Below, one piece after another: positions 29,634-38,950 of a stretch of 64,000 bases of DNA. Each line of letters begins with the position of its first letter. Within the stretch, counting starts at the first letter, position 1. Where the stretch lies: positions 999-64,998 of the forward strand of contig DASPQV010000042.1 in the NCBI GenBank assembly GCA_035624785.1, in the 5' to 3' direction. The position numbers and the translations under genes were made by a program. The stretch is from Candidatus Binatia bacterium. Lineage in GTDB: Bacteria > Chloroflexota > Dormibacteria > Aeolococcales > Aeolococcaceae. The notes below the pieces were generated by a model, which saw only the letters and a program-made list of their open reading frames with translations, was not told where the DNA came from and ran no database searches.

Positions 29634-29836
29634 TCGTCACGCGGTTCGCACAATCCGGTGATGACCACGGACATGAAAAGGCCGCTAGCGACCGGAGCCG
29701 CCAGCGGCCCTTGGGAAGGGAGGGCTGGGAGGACTGCCATGCGACGCCGCGGCGCCGCACCTCAGGCATCATCCGACGTGAGCCTTGACGGCCCCATCCC
29801 CCACCGGTGACGGGACGGCGACGCGACTGAGCGGAT

Positions 29837-30574
29837 TCAGCTAAGGGCGGGGCGGATCTGGGGGGCTCCGGACGGCAGCTTCCGGGCCGCCCCGGTGAGC
29901 ACGCCGGCCAGGTCGTCGCCGACCAGGTGGGCCGCCAGCTCGCTGACCGCGGCTCCATCGGGCAGTCCTATGACCAGGTCGGCCACCGCCCGCAGGGCGG
30001 CCGGGGGGTCCCCCACCGCGATCCCGCAGCCCATGCAGTCGAGCAGCGCGGCGTCATTCTCGGCATCACCGACGGCGACGCAGCCGGCCGCGCTCTCGCC
30101 CATCAGATGGAGCGCCGCGCGGGCTCCCGAGGCCTTGCTGACCCCGGCCGGGAGGATCATGAGCTGGTCGCGGTTGAGGATGAGTCCGAGCGGGAGCCCC
30201 ACCTCGCGGACGGCGCCGAGCACCGCCGCCTGGTTGCCGGCATGGGTGGCGCAGATGGCTCGGCCCGCGACCAGCGGGTGGACGCCACGACGCCGCAGCG
30301 CGGCCAGCAGCCGCTCGGAGACGGGGGCGCAGAGCAGACGCTCCTCGCCACCTCGGAGGTCGACGAGGAGAGCCCCGTTCTCCAGGACCAGCACGTCGAA
30401 GAGGCCGAGGCAGGCCGGCAGCGGATCGAGCTGCGCACGGGTGCGGCCGGTGACCAGGATGAGGCGACGGCCGCTGGCCGCGACCCGCCTCAGGGCGGCG
30501 ACCGCGGCTGGCCCGACCACCCCCTCGGTGGCGATGGTCCCATCGAAGTCGCAGGCGAGGACACGGAAGCGCAT
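29837..30574 (-). CDS. HAD-superfamily hydrolase (Cof/HAD-IIB-like phosphatase)
   Basis: MRFRVLACDFDGTIA is HAD motif I (DxDGT). VGDAENDAALL is motif IV. Confidence 0.8.
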   Translation of the reverse strand: MRFRVLACDFDGTIATEGVVGPAAVAALRRVAASGRRLILVTGRTRAQLDPLPACLGLFDVLVLENGALLVDLRGGEERLLCAPVSERLLAALRRRGVHPLVAGRAICATHAGNQAAVLGAVREVGLPLGLILNRDQLMILPAGVSKASGARAALHLMGESAAGCVAVGDAENDAALLDCMGCGIAVGDPPAALRAVADLVIGLPDGAAVSELAAHLVGDDLAGVLTGAARKLPSGAPQIRPALS

Positions 30575-30668
30575 GTGGCTATTGTCGCAACCGTCCGCCC
30601 CGACCCAGCCTGGCGGCCCGCGCAGCAGCTCAGCCCCGGGGGTCTGCGGGGGCAGAGCCCCCGCATGT

Positions 30669-31736
30669 TCAGTATTCGAAGCCGACCCGGATCTCGGTGC
30701 CCTTGCCGATCTGGGAGCGGATCTCCAGGCGGCCCTTCTCCAGCTCCGCCCGCTCCCGCATCGAGATCATGCCGAGGTGCTTGCCGGCGTCGGCACGGGC
30801 CTCGGCGGCGGCCACGTCGAAGCCGACGCCATCGTCGCGGACGATCGCCGACACCGCGTGGGGCTGGAAGGCCACGACCACTTCGACATTCTTGGCTCGG
30901 GCGTGCTTCTTGGCGTTGTTCATGGCCTCCTGGATGATCCGGAAGAGGGTCGGCTCCAGAGCCCCGGGCAACCGCACCTCCTCGCCCATCACCCGCAGGC
31001 TGGTCACCAGCCCGCCCCGGTCGTAGTCGTTGGTGAGCTTGCGAAGCGTGGGAACCAGGCCGAGGTCGTCCAGGGTCATCGGCCTGAGATCGAAGATGAG
31101 CCGCCGGGTCTCGTCGAGAACGCCACGCACACCGTCCTTGAAGTCGGCGAGCTCGTTGACGACCAGCTGGGGATCGCGGCTGATCAGGCGCTCCAGGATC
31201 TCCGCCTGGAGGACCAGGTTGGCCATCGACTGGGCGGGCCCGTCGTGCATGTCACGGGCAATCCGCATCCGCTCCTCTTCAATGATCTGGAACACCTGGC
31301 GGGAGGTGCTCCGGAGGCGGGCGGCGCCGCCACCGGCGGCCGGCGGCCCCGCCGTGGCCGCCAGGTCGTCAAGGCTGCGGTGGACCTGGCGGAGAACCTC
31401 CTGCTCGTGCCGCATGTCGGTGAGCCGGCCGGCTGCGTCTCGGGCCCGCTCCTCCAGCGCCGCCAGGTCGGCCCGCGTCGATGAGACGAGGCGGAACTGG
31501 GTGTCCACGTCCTCGGCTGCGAATCTCTCGAAGTTCTTGAGGACATGGCTCCAGGCGACCTCGGCTTCCTCGAGCCGGTCGCGCAGCTGGTCGCGGCGCT
31601 CGGCGGCATCGGCCTGGCGCGCCTCGAGACGCGCCGCAGCCGAATCCAGGTCCTCGATCCGCTTGGTGATCAGGAACCGGACACCCAGGATGGCCGACGG
31701 GTTCACCGGGCGGCTGGTCTCCGCGGCCACCGTCAT
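30669..31736 (-). CDS. cytoplasmic sensor histidine kinase, DegS/NarL-type (HisKA_3 + HATPase_c)
   Basis: Coiled-coil N-terminus, H-box RIARDMHDGPAQSMANL, and an ATPase domain with NNAKKHA, RDDGVGFD and GLGMISMRERAE. Confidence 0.85.
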   Translation of the reverse strand: MTVAAETSRPVNPSAILGVRFLITKRIEDLDSAAARLEARQADAAERRDQLRDRLEEAEVAWSHVLKNFERFAAEDVDTQFRLVSSTRADLAALEERARDAAGRLTDMRHEQEVLRQVHRSLDDLAATAGPPAAGGGAARLRSTSRQVFQIIEEERMRIARDMHDGPAQSMANLVLQAEILERLISRDPQLVVNELADFKDGVRGVLDETRRLIFDLRPMTLDDLGLVPTLRKLTNDYDRGGLVTSLRVMGEEVRLPGALEPTLFRIIQEAMNNAKKHARAKNVEVVVAFQPHAVSAIVRDDGVGFDVAAAEARADAGKHLGMISMRERAELEKGRLEIRSQIGKGTEIRVGFEY

Positions 31737-32077
31737 GCGCGGGCGCGCTCACTGCTCATGCGCGGCCATGATACCGGTGGGTCCGCGGTACGTTTGACGC
31801 ATCACCGTGACAAAGGCGCGCCCGTACCGTGACCGGCGGACCCAAGCGAGTGGCCCCCTGTCGGGATCTGACGCCAGGCGGCCACTCCCCGGGGTGCCCG
31901 CCTGGCGCATGCCGGCGGGGAGCTCATGTGGGGTGACGGCCCGGTGGCAAGCCAGGCCCTCCTGGGAGCCCCCTAAATCAGCTCTGTGACAAGCCGGTTG
32001 CGCTGTCACCCGTCGTTAACACCCCCCGCTATAACCGCCTCACGGCCACCGCCGTTCAACTCACCGAGGCCTGGTCG

Positions 32078-32578
32078 GTGTCGAGACGGCCGGACCGACA
32101 GAGGACGAGTTTGATGAGCGAGACGAGGGGCCCGACGCGCATCCTCGTTGCCGAGGACGATCCCGCGCTGCGCCGTCTCATCGACATGCTCCTCTCCAAC
32201 CAGGGCTTCGAGGTGCGAACCGTCGTCGACGGCGCCGACGCCCTTGCCCTGATCGAGGACTGGGCCCCTGACGCCTGCGTGATCGACGTCATGATGCCCC
32301 GCATCTCGGGCCTCACCGTATGCCGCGAGATGCGGGCCACGCCGCGCTACACGGCCACCCCGATCATCCTGCTGACGGCCCGGGTGTTCGACGAGGACAT
32401 CCAGGAGGTTGTCGACCTGGGCGGAATCGAGTACATGAGCAAGCCTTTCAACCCCCGCCGGCTGATCGCGGTTCTCGACCTCCTGGTGCCGGACTGCTCC
32501 CGCGAGGCGCGCCCAACGCCCGTCGGCGCCGGCCGCGGCGGCTGGGCGCTGGACGGGGATGACCCGCCCCGGATCTGA
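32078..32578 (+). CDS. single-domain response regulator (CheY-like receiver)
   Basis: ILVAEDD...DACVIDVMMP...LLTAR...KPF receiver motifs with no output domain. The start may be the ATG at 32114 (MSETRGP...). Confidence 0.8.
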   Translation: MSRRPDRQRTSLMSETRGPTRILVAEDDPALRRLIDMLLSNQGFEVRTVVDGADALALIEDWAPDACVIDVMMPRISGLTVCREMRATPRYTATPIILLTARVFDEDIQEVVDLGGIEYMSKPFNPRRLIAVLDLLVPDCSREARPTPVGAGRGGWALDGDDPPRI

Positions 32579-32685
32579 GGCTGGCCACCCGGCGTCGCAC
32601 CGGAGCCGGGGGGGACAGGGTCCGCAGCACCCGAGCCGCGTCTCCGCAGCCGCCGTGCGGCGGCCGGTGGCCTGATCCCGCCGTC

Positions 32686-34416
32686 ATGGCCGCGGTCGAG
32701 GTCAGCCGGAGGGCCCGCCCGCAGACCGGGCAGCGGAGCCCGTGGCGGGAACGCCTGGACGGGCTCGCCTCACCCAGCGGCATGCTCCTCATCGCCGCCC
32801 TGGTGGTGGCGGCCTTCGCGGTCACCACGACCGAGCGGGATCCCGACTTCTGGTGGCACCTCCGCACCGGCCAGCTGCTCCTCGCCAACCATCTCCAGCT
32901 GCTCGGCACCGACCCCTACACCTACTCGGTGCCCGGGCATGCCTGGACCATGCACGAGTGGCTGTTCGAGGTCTGTATCGCCGAGCTCTACAGCGTGGGA
33001 GGCATCGGTGCCATCGTCCTGGTCCTGAGCGCGCTGACCTGGCTCGGCATCCTGGCCATGGTCGGTCGCACCCGGCTGCTCACCCGGAGCCGCGTCGCCA
33101 TCGGCCTGGGCATCCTGGTCGCGGTCATCGCCGCCGATCCGATCTGGGGACCACGCGACCAGATGATCGACTTCACCTTCGCCTGCGTCGTCCTCCTGCT
33201 GGTGGAGCGCTACCTGACCGGGGGAGGCCGGTGGCTCTGGATCCTCCCTCCCCTCTTCCTGCTCTGGAGCAACCTGCATGGCGGCTTCGTGATCGGCCTG
33301 GTCTTCATCGCGGCCATAGCCGCCGCAGAGGCGCTCGGGGCTCGTCTCGGGCTGCCCGAACCGGCCCCCCTCCGCCGATCCGGCTGGCTGGCTCTGACCA
33401 CCCTCGGCTGCGGTCTGATGTCCATGGTCAACCCGAACGGGCCCGGGATCCTGATCTACGCCTGGGCAACAGTGGCCTCGCCGGCCCAGCAGGCCCTGAT
33501 CCTGGAGTGGCAGTCACCCAACTTCCAGATGGAGGAGGTCCGGGCCTTCGCCGTGATGCTGGTCAGCCTGGCCGGCTTCATCGTGGTCAACCGCCGGCTG
33601 CGCGCCCGCGACCTGGTGCTGGTCGCCGGGACCGCGGCTCTGGCCCTGGAGTCGGTGCGCAACATCGCGCTCTTCGTGGCTGCGGCGACGCCGGTGTGGA
33701 GCGAGCAGCTGGCGATCCTGACGAGCCGGCTCCGCGAGCAGCGAGACGGCCGGCGTCACCGCGCCCTGGCAGCGGCGACCGGTGAGCCGGCCGATGATCC
33801 GGAGGCGACCTCTCGGGCGGCGCCCCCGCCAGCGCCGCCACCCCCGCTCCGGCGAGGCGCCCCTCCCTTCAGCTTCCGGGTGGCGGTGCTCGGGATCGTG
33901 ACCGTGGCGCTGCTCGGCGGCTACATCGGCCTCCGGCTGGCGCCCTCCCTGGCCGCGGCCCCCGGCGATCTCAGCTATGCGCGCACCTATCCGGTCTGCG
34001 CCAGCCAGTGGCTGCGCTCCGGACCTCACGGGCTGCGCATCTTCAACCAGTACGGGGAGGGCGGCTACCTGGCCTGGAGCCTGGCCGGCACGGGTGACCG
34101 GATCTTCGTTTTCGGCGACGCCGCCCTGATGGGCGACAGCCTCCTCTACACCTACGCTCAGGTGATCGGCGCCGAGCCCGGCTGGCAGGGGGAGCTCGAG
34201 CGATACGGGACCCAGGTGGTCCTCTTCGACACCGGCACCCCGTTCGACCAGGTCCTGCGTTCGAGCCCACGCTGGGTTCGCGTCTACCACGACCCGCTGA
34301 GCGACGCCTTTGTGCTCAGAGACCAGGAGGCGGCTCTGCGGCTTCCTCCCCAACCGCGGCCCACCGGCACCTGCTCGCTGCTGGCGGCCCAGGGCTTGGG
34401 GACGGCCTCGTCGTGA
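32686..34416 (+). CDS. polytopic integral membrane protein, paralog 1 (GT-C-like fold suspected; family unassigned)
   Basis: 576 aa with ~11-13 predicted TM helices. Has a DPDFWWHLRTGQ loop motif and a soluble C-terminal domain. Start may be an internal ATG near 32779. Confidence 0.7.
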   Translation: MAAVEVSRRARPQTGQRSPWRERLDGLASPSGMLLIAALVVAAFAVTTTERDPDFWWHLRTGQLLLANHLQLLGTDPYTYSVPGHAWTMHEWLFEVCIAELYSVGGIGAIVLVLSALTWLGILAMVGRTRLLTRSRVAIGLGILVAVIAADPIWGPRDQMIDFTFACVVLLLVERYLTGGGRWLWILPPLFLLWSNLHGGFVIGLVFIAAIAAAEALGARLGLPEPAPLRRSGWLALTTLGCGLMSMVNPNGPGILIYAWATVASPAQQALILEWQSPNFQMEEVRAFAVMLVSLAGFIVVNRRLRARDLVLVAGTAALALESVRNIALFVAAATPVWSEQLAILTSRLREQRDGRRHRALAAATGEPADDPEATSRAAPPPAPPPPLRRGAPPFSFRVAVLGIVTVALLGGYIGLRLAPSLAAAPGDLSYARTYPVCASQWLRSGPHGLRIFNQYGEGGYLAWSLAGTGDRIFVFGDAALMGDSLLYTYAQVIGAEPGWQGELERYGTQVVLFDTGTPFDQVLRSSPRWVRVYHDPLSDAFVLRDQEAALRLPPQPRPTGTCSLLAAQGLGTASS

Positions 34417-36110
34417 CCCAGGCTCTGCCGATCGCCGCCCCCTCCCGGAGTGAGCAGCTCGGGTCCCCACCGCGCGGCTCGCCAGTCACCGCCGCGGCCT
34501 GGCTGGGGACCGCCTTCTGCGTCTCACTGCTCGTCACCGTCCAGTCCCTTCACCACGGTGACGAGTGGTGGCACCTGGCCCTCGGACAGCTGATCCTGAA
34601 CGGCGGCATCCCGGCGTCCGAACCCTTCAGCTTCGTCGCCACCCAGCATCCCTGGGTGGACCCGCAGTGGCTCCTCGAGGGGCTGCTGGCGCTGCTGGTC
34701 AAGGCGGGAGGCGACGGCCTCGCCTCTCTGGTCCTGGGTCTTGCCGGCAGCCTGGCCCTGCTCCTGGCTGCCCTCGCCGTGCCCAAGGCTGCCCGGGTGC
34801 CGCCCGGCTGGCGCGCTGCGGCCATGCTGCTGGGGGGCGTGACCGGTGGCGTGGCCATGGGCGTGGGCGGCCAGACGATCACCGCCTTGGGCGTGGCGGC
34901 GACCCTGCTCATCCTCCGCAGATGGCGTGACGGGAGCCGCCGGGCAGTCTGGCTGCTGCCCCCGCTCTACCTTCTGTGGGCGAACCTGGACCCCGCGTTC
35001 GTCGCCGGACTGCTGATCCTCGCCTGCACCCTGCTGATCCACCGGGCGACCGGGGGCCGCAGGGGAGCGCCGGCATGGTCACCGGCCACCTCGCTCGCGG
35101 TGATCGGGGTGGGCGCCGCCGCCGCGACCGTGCTCGGCAGCCTGGGGCTCGGGGTCGCCGCGCTCGTCCTGCTGTGGGCAGCGTTCCGCCCCGTGCCTGT
35201 GGAGCCGGGCAGCCGCCGCCGGTCACTGCTGCTGGCGTCAGCCCTCGCCGCCCTGGTCACCCTGGCGAATCCGGCCGGACCGGGCCTCTACGGCTATGTC
35301 GCCGAGACCCTCGGCAACCCGATGCTCTCCCAGCTGCTCGCCGGCTGGCAGTCGCCCAACTTCCACGACATGGTGACCCGGCTCATCGAGATCGTCGCCG
35401 GGCTGCTTCCCCTCTGCTGGCTGCTGGCCCGGCGGGTCCGGGTCCCCGACGCGCTGCTCGCCACCGCCCTCTTCCTGGTCACGCTCCAGGCGGTCGGCGC
35501 CGTCAGCCTCTTTGCCCTGGCCGCCATCCCTCAGCTGGCTGAGTACGGCTGGGCTGCCTGGCACCAGCGGGCTCCGGGGGGCCTGCAGCGACGCCTCGGG
35601 GTCAGGGTGGCACCGCCGGTCGCCGTCGCGGTCGCGGTCGCGCTGAGCGGGGTTTCGCTCGCCGTGGTCGTGCCCCGGACCAGCTCGGCAGCGGCGGTCC
35701 GGTTCGAGAGCGCCAACGAGCCGCGGGCCGCCGCCGCCTACGTGGCCCTCCACTTCCCCGGTCAGCGACTGCTCAGCTCGGACAGTGACGCCAGCTACCT
35801 CGCCTACCGCTTCCCCAGCCAGCGCGTCGTCTTCGTCTACGACGAGATCGGGATCTTCGGCACCGGCCCGCTCACCGACTATCACAACCTCGCCAACCTC
35901 TCCGGAGACTGGAAGGGCCTCCTGGTCACCTATCACCTGAACCACGCGGTGCTCAGCGCCACCAGCGTCGACGCGGCGGCGCTCCTTGAGCTGGGCTGGA
36001 CCGTCGACTGCTACGACGCGGCCAGCGACCGGGTGGTGATGTCGGCCGGCGGAGGACCGCCGACAGCCTCGCCCCCGGCCCCCAGAGAAGCCGCATCCTG
36101 CAGCTCCTGA
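34413..36110 (+). CDS. polytopic integral membrane protein, paralog 2
   Basis: 565 aa with the same architecture and the corresponding motif GDEWWHLALGQ. GTG start in a GTGA overlap with paralog 1. Confidence 0.7.
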   Translation: MTQALPIAAPSRSEQLGSPPRGSPVTAAAWLGTAFCVSLLVTVQSLHHGDEWWHLALGQLILNGGIPASEPFSFVATQHPWVDPQWLLEGLLALLVKAGGDGLASLVLGLAGSLALLLAALAVPKAARVPPGWRAAAMLLGGVTGGVAMGVGGQTITALGVAATLLILRRWRDGSRRAVWLLPPLYLLWANLDPAFVAGLLILACTLLIHRATGGRRGAPAWSPATSLAVIGVGAAAATVLGSLGLGVAALVLLWAAFRPVPVEPGSRRRSLLLASALAALVTLANPAGPGLYGYVAETLGNPMLSQLLAGWQSPNFHDMVTRLIEIVAGLLPLCWLLARRVRVPDALLATALFLVTLQAVGAVSLFALAAIPQLAEYGWAAWHQRAPGGLQRRLGVRVAPPVAVAVAVALSGVSLAVVVPRTSSAAAVRFESANEPRAAAAYVALHFPGQRLLSSDSDASYLAYRFPSQRVVFVYDEIGIFGTGPLTDYHNLANLSGDWKGLLVTYHLNHAVLSATSVDAAALLELGWTVDCYDAASDRVVMSAGGGPPTASPPAPREAASCSS

Positions 36111-36236
36111 GGTGACAAAAGCTGATAACGGCTCAGTTGTACTCCGGGCCGCTGCCGGGAGCCTCCGCCCGCCCCTGACGGGTCCGGGCCGCCCTGGCCG
36201 TCAACCAGATCCGCCAGTGAGGATGCCGCCTCCGAG

Positions 36237-37760
36237 ATGATCCAGGACAGGGAGGCGGCCGCCGTGGAGCAACCGACCGAATCGCTGGTCCGGCTCTTCG
36301 ACGCGGTCGTCGAGCTGCGCGGCGATCCCCGCCGGCTGGAGAGGGCCGCCGAGGCCGTGGTGGCCGAGGCGAGAAGGCGCCTGCCCGGGTGCGAGACCGA
36401 GATCTCCATGGTTCCGCCGCCGGATCCCCATGAGCCCGACAGCGAGTTCCAGATGATCGCCGGCGCCGGTCCATGGGCCGAGGCCCTGGTGGGCGGACGC
36501 TGGCCGCTCAGGGGCACCGTCCACGGCCTGGCCCTGGCCGGCACGGATCCCATCGAGGTGGTGGACCCCGCCGAGCCGTCCCGCTTCCCGGAGATCCTGC
36601 GCCGTGGCGGCGTCCGCAGCGGGCGCCTGGTCCCGCTGGTCGCGGGAGAACCGCTGCCCGGCGGGCGGATGGCGCTCCGGGTGCTCGCCTTCTGGTCGCC
36701 GCGTGCCGAGCCCTTCAGCGAGGCCGAGAGGGTGGTGACCGACGACCTGGGACGGATCGCCACCTTGGTGCTGGCCCAGGTGGAGGCCTGGCACGCGGCG
36801 GAGCGCAGCGAGGGCCGCCTGCGCCTGCGAAAGGCGATCGCCGAGGACGTCCAGACCAGCCTCGACATCCCCGAGGTCGTCGAGCGCGCTGTGGGCCACC
36901 AGCTGGAGATCGCGGCCGCCGACCGGGTGACCCTGAGCACGGTGGAAGGGGACGAGCTGCGGATCCTCTTCACCAAGGACCGCGGTGAGGTCGAGCCGAG
37001 CTGGCAGGGCATCCGCATCCCGCTGGAACGGGCCATGCGCAACCCGGCGGTCGCCGGGGCCTTCGCGGAGCGCAGGTCCTACCGGGGCGGCCCCTTCAGA
37101 GCACCCGTGGACAGCCAGTTGGAGCCGGAGTTGAGCCGGGCCAGGCACACCGCGATGATCCCCCTGGTCATTCGCAGCGAGGTCACCGGCCTCATCGTCC
37201 TGACCCGCCGAACCGGTGACCACTTCTCCGACGACGAGATCGCGGAGCTGGAGATCTCCGCCAGCGTCGCCGCCCTGGCGTTTCGCAACGCCCGTCTCTA
37301 CCAGCAGGCGCAGGCGGCGGCGGCGGCCCGCAGCGCCTTTCTGAACCTCGCTGCCCACGAGCTCCGCACGCCGTTCGCGGTCATCTCCGGCTACCTGAGC
37401 CTGCTGACCGAGGGCACCTTCGGCCCGGCTCCGGCCGACTGGACCCGCCCCCTGACCGTGGTCCGCCAGAAGACGGCGGAGCTGGGCCGGCTGATCGACC
37501 AGATCCTGGCCGCCTCGCGGGCGGAGAGCGGTCAGACCGCGCTCAAGCTGGAGGCGGCGAGCTTGGCTGCGCTCGTCAGGGCCGCGGTGGAGCGGGTGCA
37601 GCCGCGGGTCGAGCTCCATGGCGGCAGCGTCTCGCTGGTCGTGGAGGAGGACCCGGTGGTCCGGGTCGACACCGCCGCCATGGCGATCGTCCTGCGGCTC
37701 CCGGTCGATGCCGAGCCGCCTCCTACCGGACGGGCGGTGGGACCTCCGGCGAGCCGCTGA
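36237..37760 (+). CDS. GAF-domain protein with HisKA (DHp) domain but truncated before the ATPase domain
   Basis: GAF-like region (IPLVIRSEVTGLIVLTRRTGDHFSDDEIAELE), then a canonical H-box FLNLAAHELRTPFAVISGYLSLL. The ORF ends at ...VRVDTAAMAIVLRLPVDAEP, just where the N-box should start. Confidence 0.7.
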   Translation: MIQDREAAAVEQPTESLVRLFDAVVELRGDPRRLERAAEAVVAEARRRLPGCETEISMVPPPDPHEPDSEFQMIAGAGPWAEALVGGRWPLRGTVHGLALAGTDPIEVVDPAEPSRFPEILRRGGVRSGRLVPLVAGEPLPGGRMALRVLAFWSPRAEPFSEAERVVTDDLGRIATLVLAQVEAWHAAERSEGRLRLRKAIAEDVQTSLDIPEVVERAVGHQLEIAAADRVTLSTVEGDELRILFTKDRGEVEPSWQGIRIPLERAMRNPAVAGAFAERRSYRGGPFRAPVDSQLEPELSRARHTAMIPLVIRSEVTGLIVLTRRTGDHFSDDEIAELEISASVAALAFRNARLYQQAQAAAAARSAFLNLAAHELRTPFAVISGYLSLLTEGTFGPAPADWTRPLTVVRQKTAELGRLIDQILAASRAESGQTALKLEAASLAALVRAAVERVQPRVELHGGSVSLVVEEDPVVRVDTAAMAIVLRLPVDAEPPPTGRAVGPPASR

Positions 37761-37775
37761 TCGCCGGGCGGCTCC

Positions 37776-38846
37776 TCACCGATCCGGGTCGGCGAGCAGG
37801 GAGGCCGCCAGCCGGAAGGCCTCGGCACTGAGGGAGGCGGCGCCGGCTCGACGGGCCTCGTCGCCGACCGCTCTGAGCACGCCAGCGGAGACCCGGCGGT
37901 CCTCGGGAGCAGACGATGAAGCGGCCGCCTCTCTGGCATAGGCGAGCGCCACAACCAGCCGGCCGCCCTCGAGAGCCACCCGGGCCAGCGCGCGCAGCGC
38001 CGCGGCCCGGAGGGAATCGTCCGCCAGCTCCTCGGCGCTGCGCCGGCAATCCTCGAGGCATCGGGTGGCGGCATGAAGCTGGCCGCGGCGCCAATGAGCG
38101 ATCCCCAGGTCGTGGAGGACCTCGGCGGCTCCTCGCGCGTCGCGATCGGCCTGGCGGAGGGGTAGGGCCTGGCGGAGCCGGGCGCCCACGTCTTCCCAGC
38201 GCCGGTCCTCGGCTGCCTGGGCCGCCAGGGCGACCAGGCCGTCGGCGACCACCCGGAGGTGCGGTCCCTCGCCGACCTCAAGGGCCTCGTCGAACAGCCC
38301 CAGCGCCACGATCTCTTCCCCCCGGGCTGCGGCCAGGCGACCGAGGTTGGCAGCGGCCGCGGCCCGGGAGGGAGCATCACCTTCCGCCCTGCCCCGCTCC
38401 CAGAGCGCGGTCGCGGCGCGGGCGTCGCCGCGCTCGGCGGCCGCCGCCCCGAGCTCGACCAGCACACCCCCGAGCCCCGCCGCGCCAGGTCCTGCGGAGA
38501 GCCGCCGGGCGGCGCTCAGAAGGGCCGCGGCCGGACCGGAGTCCGAACCGTCCGCGAGGGCCCGACCAAGGGCGGCCAGCGCGACGGCGCAGCTCCCCGG
38601 GTCGGCGGCTGCCCAGCTCTCGATGGCAGCGCGGACGCTCGCCGCGGCCGCCTCCGGTGCGGCGCGAAGCTCCTGGCACAGACCCTGGCCCAGGAGGGCC
38701 ACGGCGCGCCAGGTCGGTGAGGGCTCGGCGGCGATCACCATCTCGAAGCCGCGCTCGGCCCGCCCCGGGTCGTCCCCGGCCATCAGCTGGATCGCCGCCA
38801 GGATCGGGGCGGGGGCGGACCCCGGCTCGGGGTCGAGGCCTGTCAC
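37776..38846 (-). CDS. Ala-rich TPR-like repeat protein (hypothetical)
   Basis: 356 aa of repeating helical hairpins (e.g. HDLGIAHWRRGQLHAATRCLEDC). Codon usage fits the genome, and the opposite-strand ORF is R/P-rich junk. Confidence 0.5.
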   Translation of the reverse strand: MTGLDPEPGSAPAPILAAIQLMAGDDPGRAERGFEMVIAAEPSPTWRAVALLGQGLCQELRAAPEAAAASVRAAIESWAAADPGSCAVALAALGRALADGSDSGPAAALLSAARRLSAGPGAAGLGGVLVELGAAAAERGDARAATALWERGRAEGDAPSRAAAAANLGRLAAARGEEIVALGLFDEALEVGEGPHLRVVADGLVALAAQAAEDRRWEDVGARLRQALPLRQADRDARGAAEVLHDLGIAHWRRGQLHAATRCLEDCRRSAEELADDSLRAAALRALARVALEGGRLVVALAYAREAAASSSAPEDRRVSAGVLRAVGDEARRAGAASLSAEAFRLAASLLADPDR

Positions 38847-38950
38847 AGGGGTGCCACCAGGTGATGCGGCATCGTTACCGGAAGCGCGGGTGTCCCGGTG
38901 GAGGGCGCGCCTAGGCTCATCGACGTGAGCCGGGCAATTGGTGCGCCACC

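Noticed and set aside
37916-38914. 332-aa plus-strand ORF antisense to the TPR-like gene
   Set aside because: Extremely Arg/Pro/Gly-rich (RRAPQPAGRPREPPGPARAAPRPGG...). This is a classic GC-frame artefact. The minus-strand TPR reading is retained, though itself only at moderate confidence.
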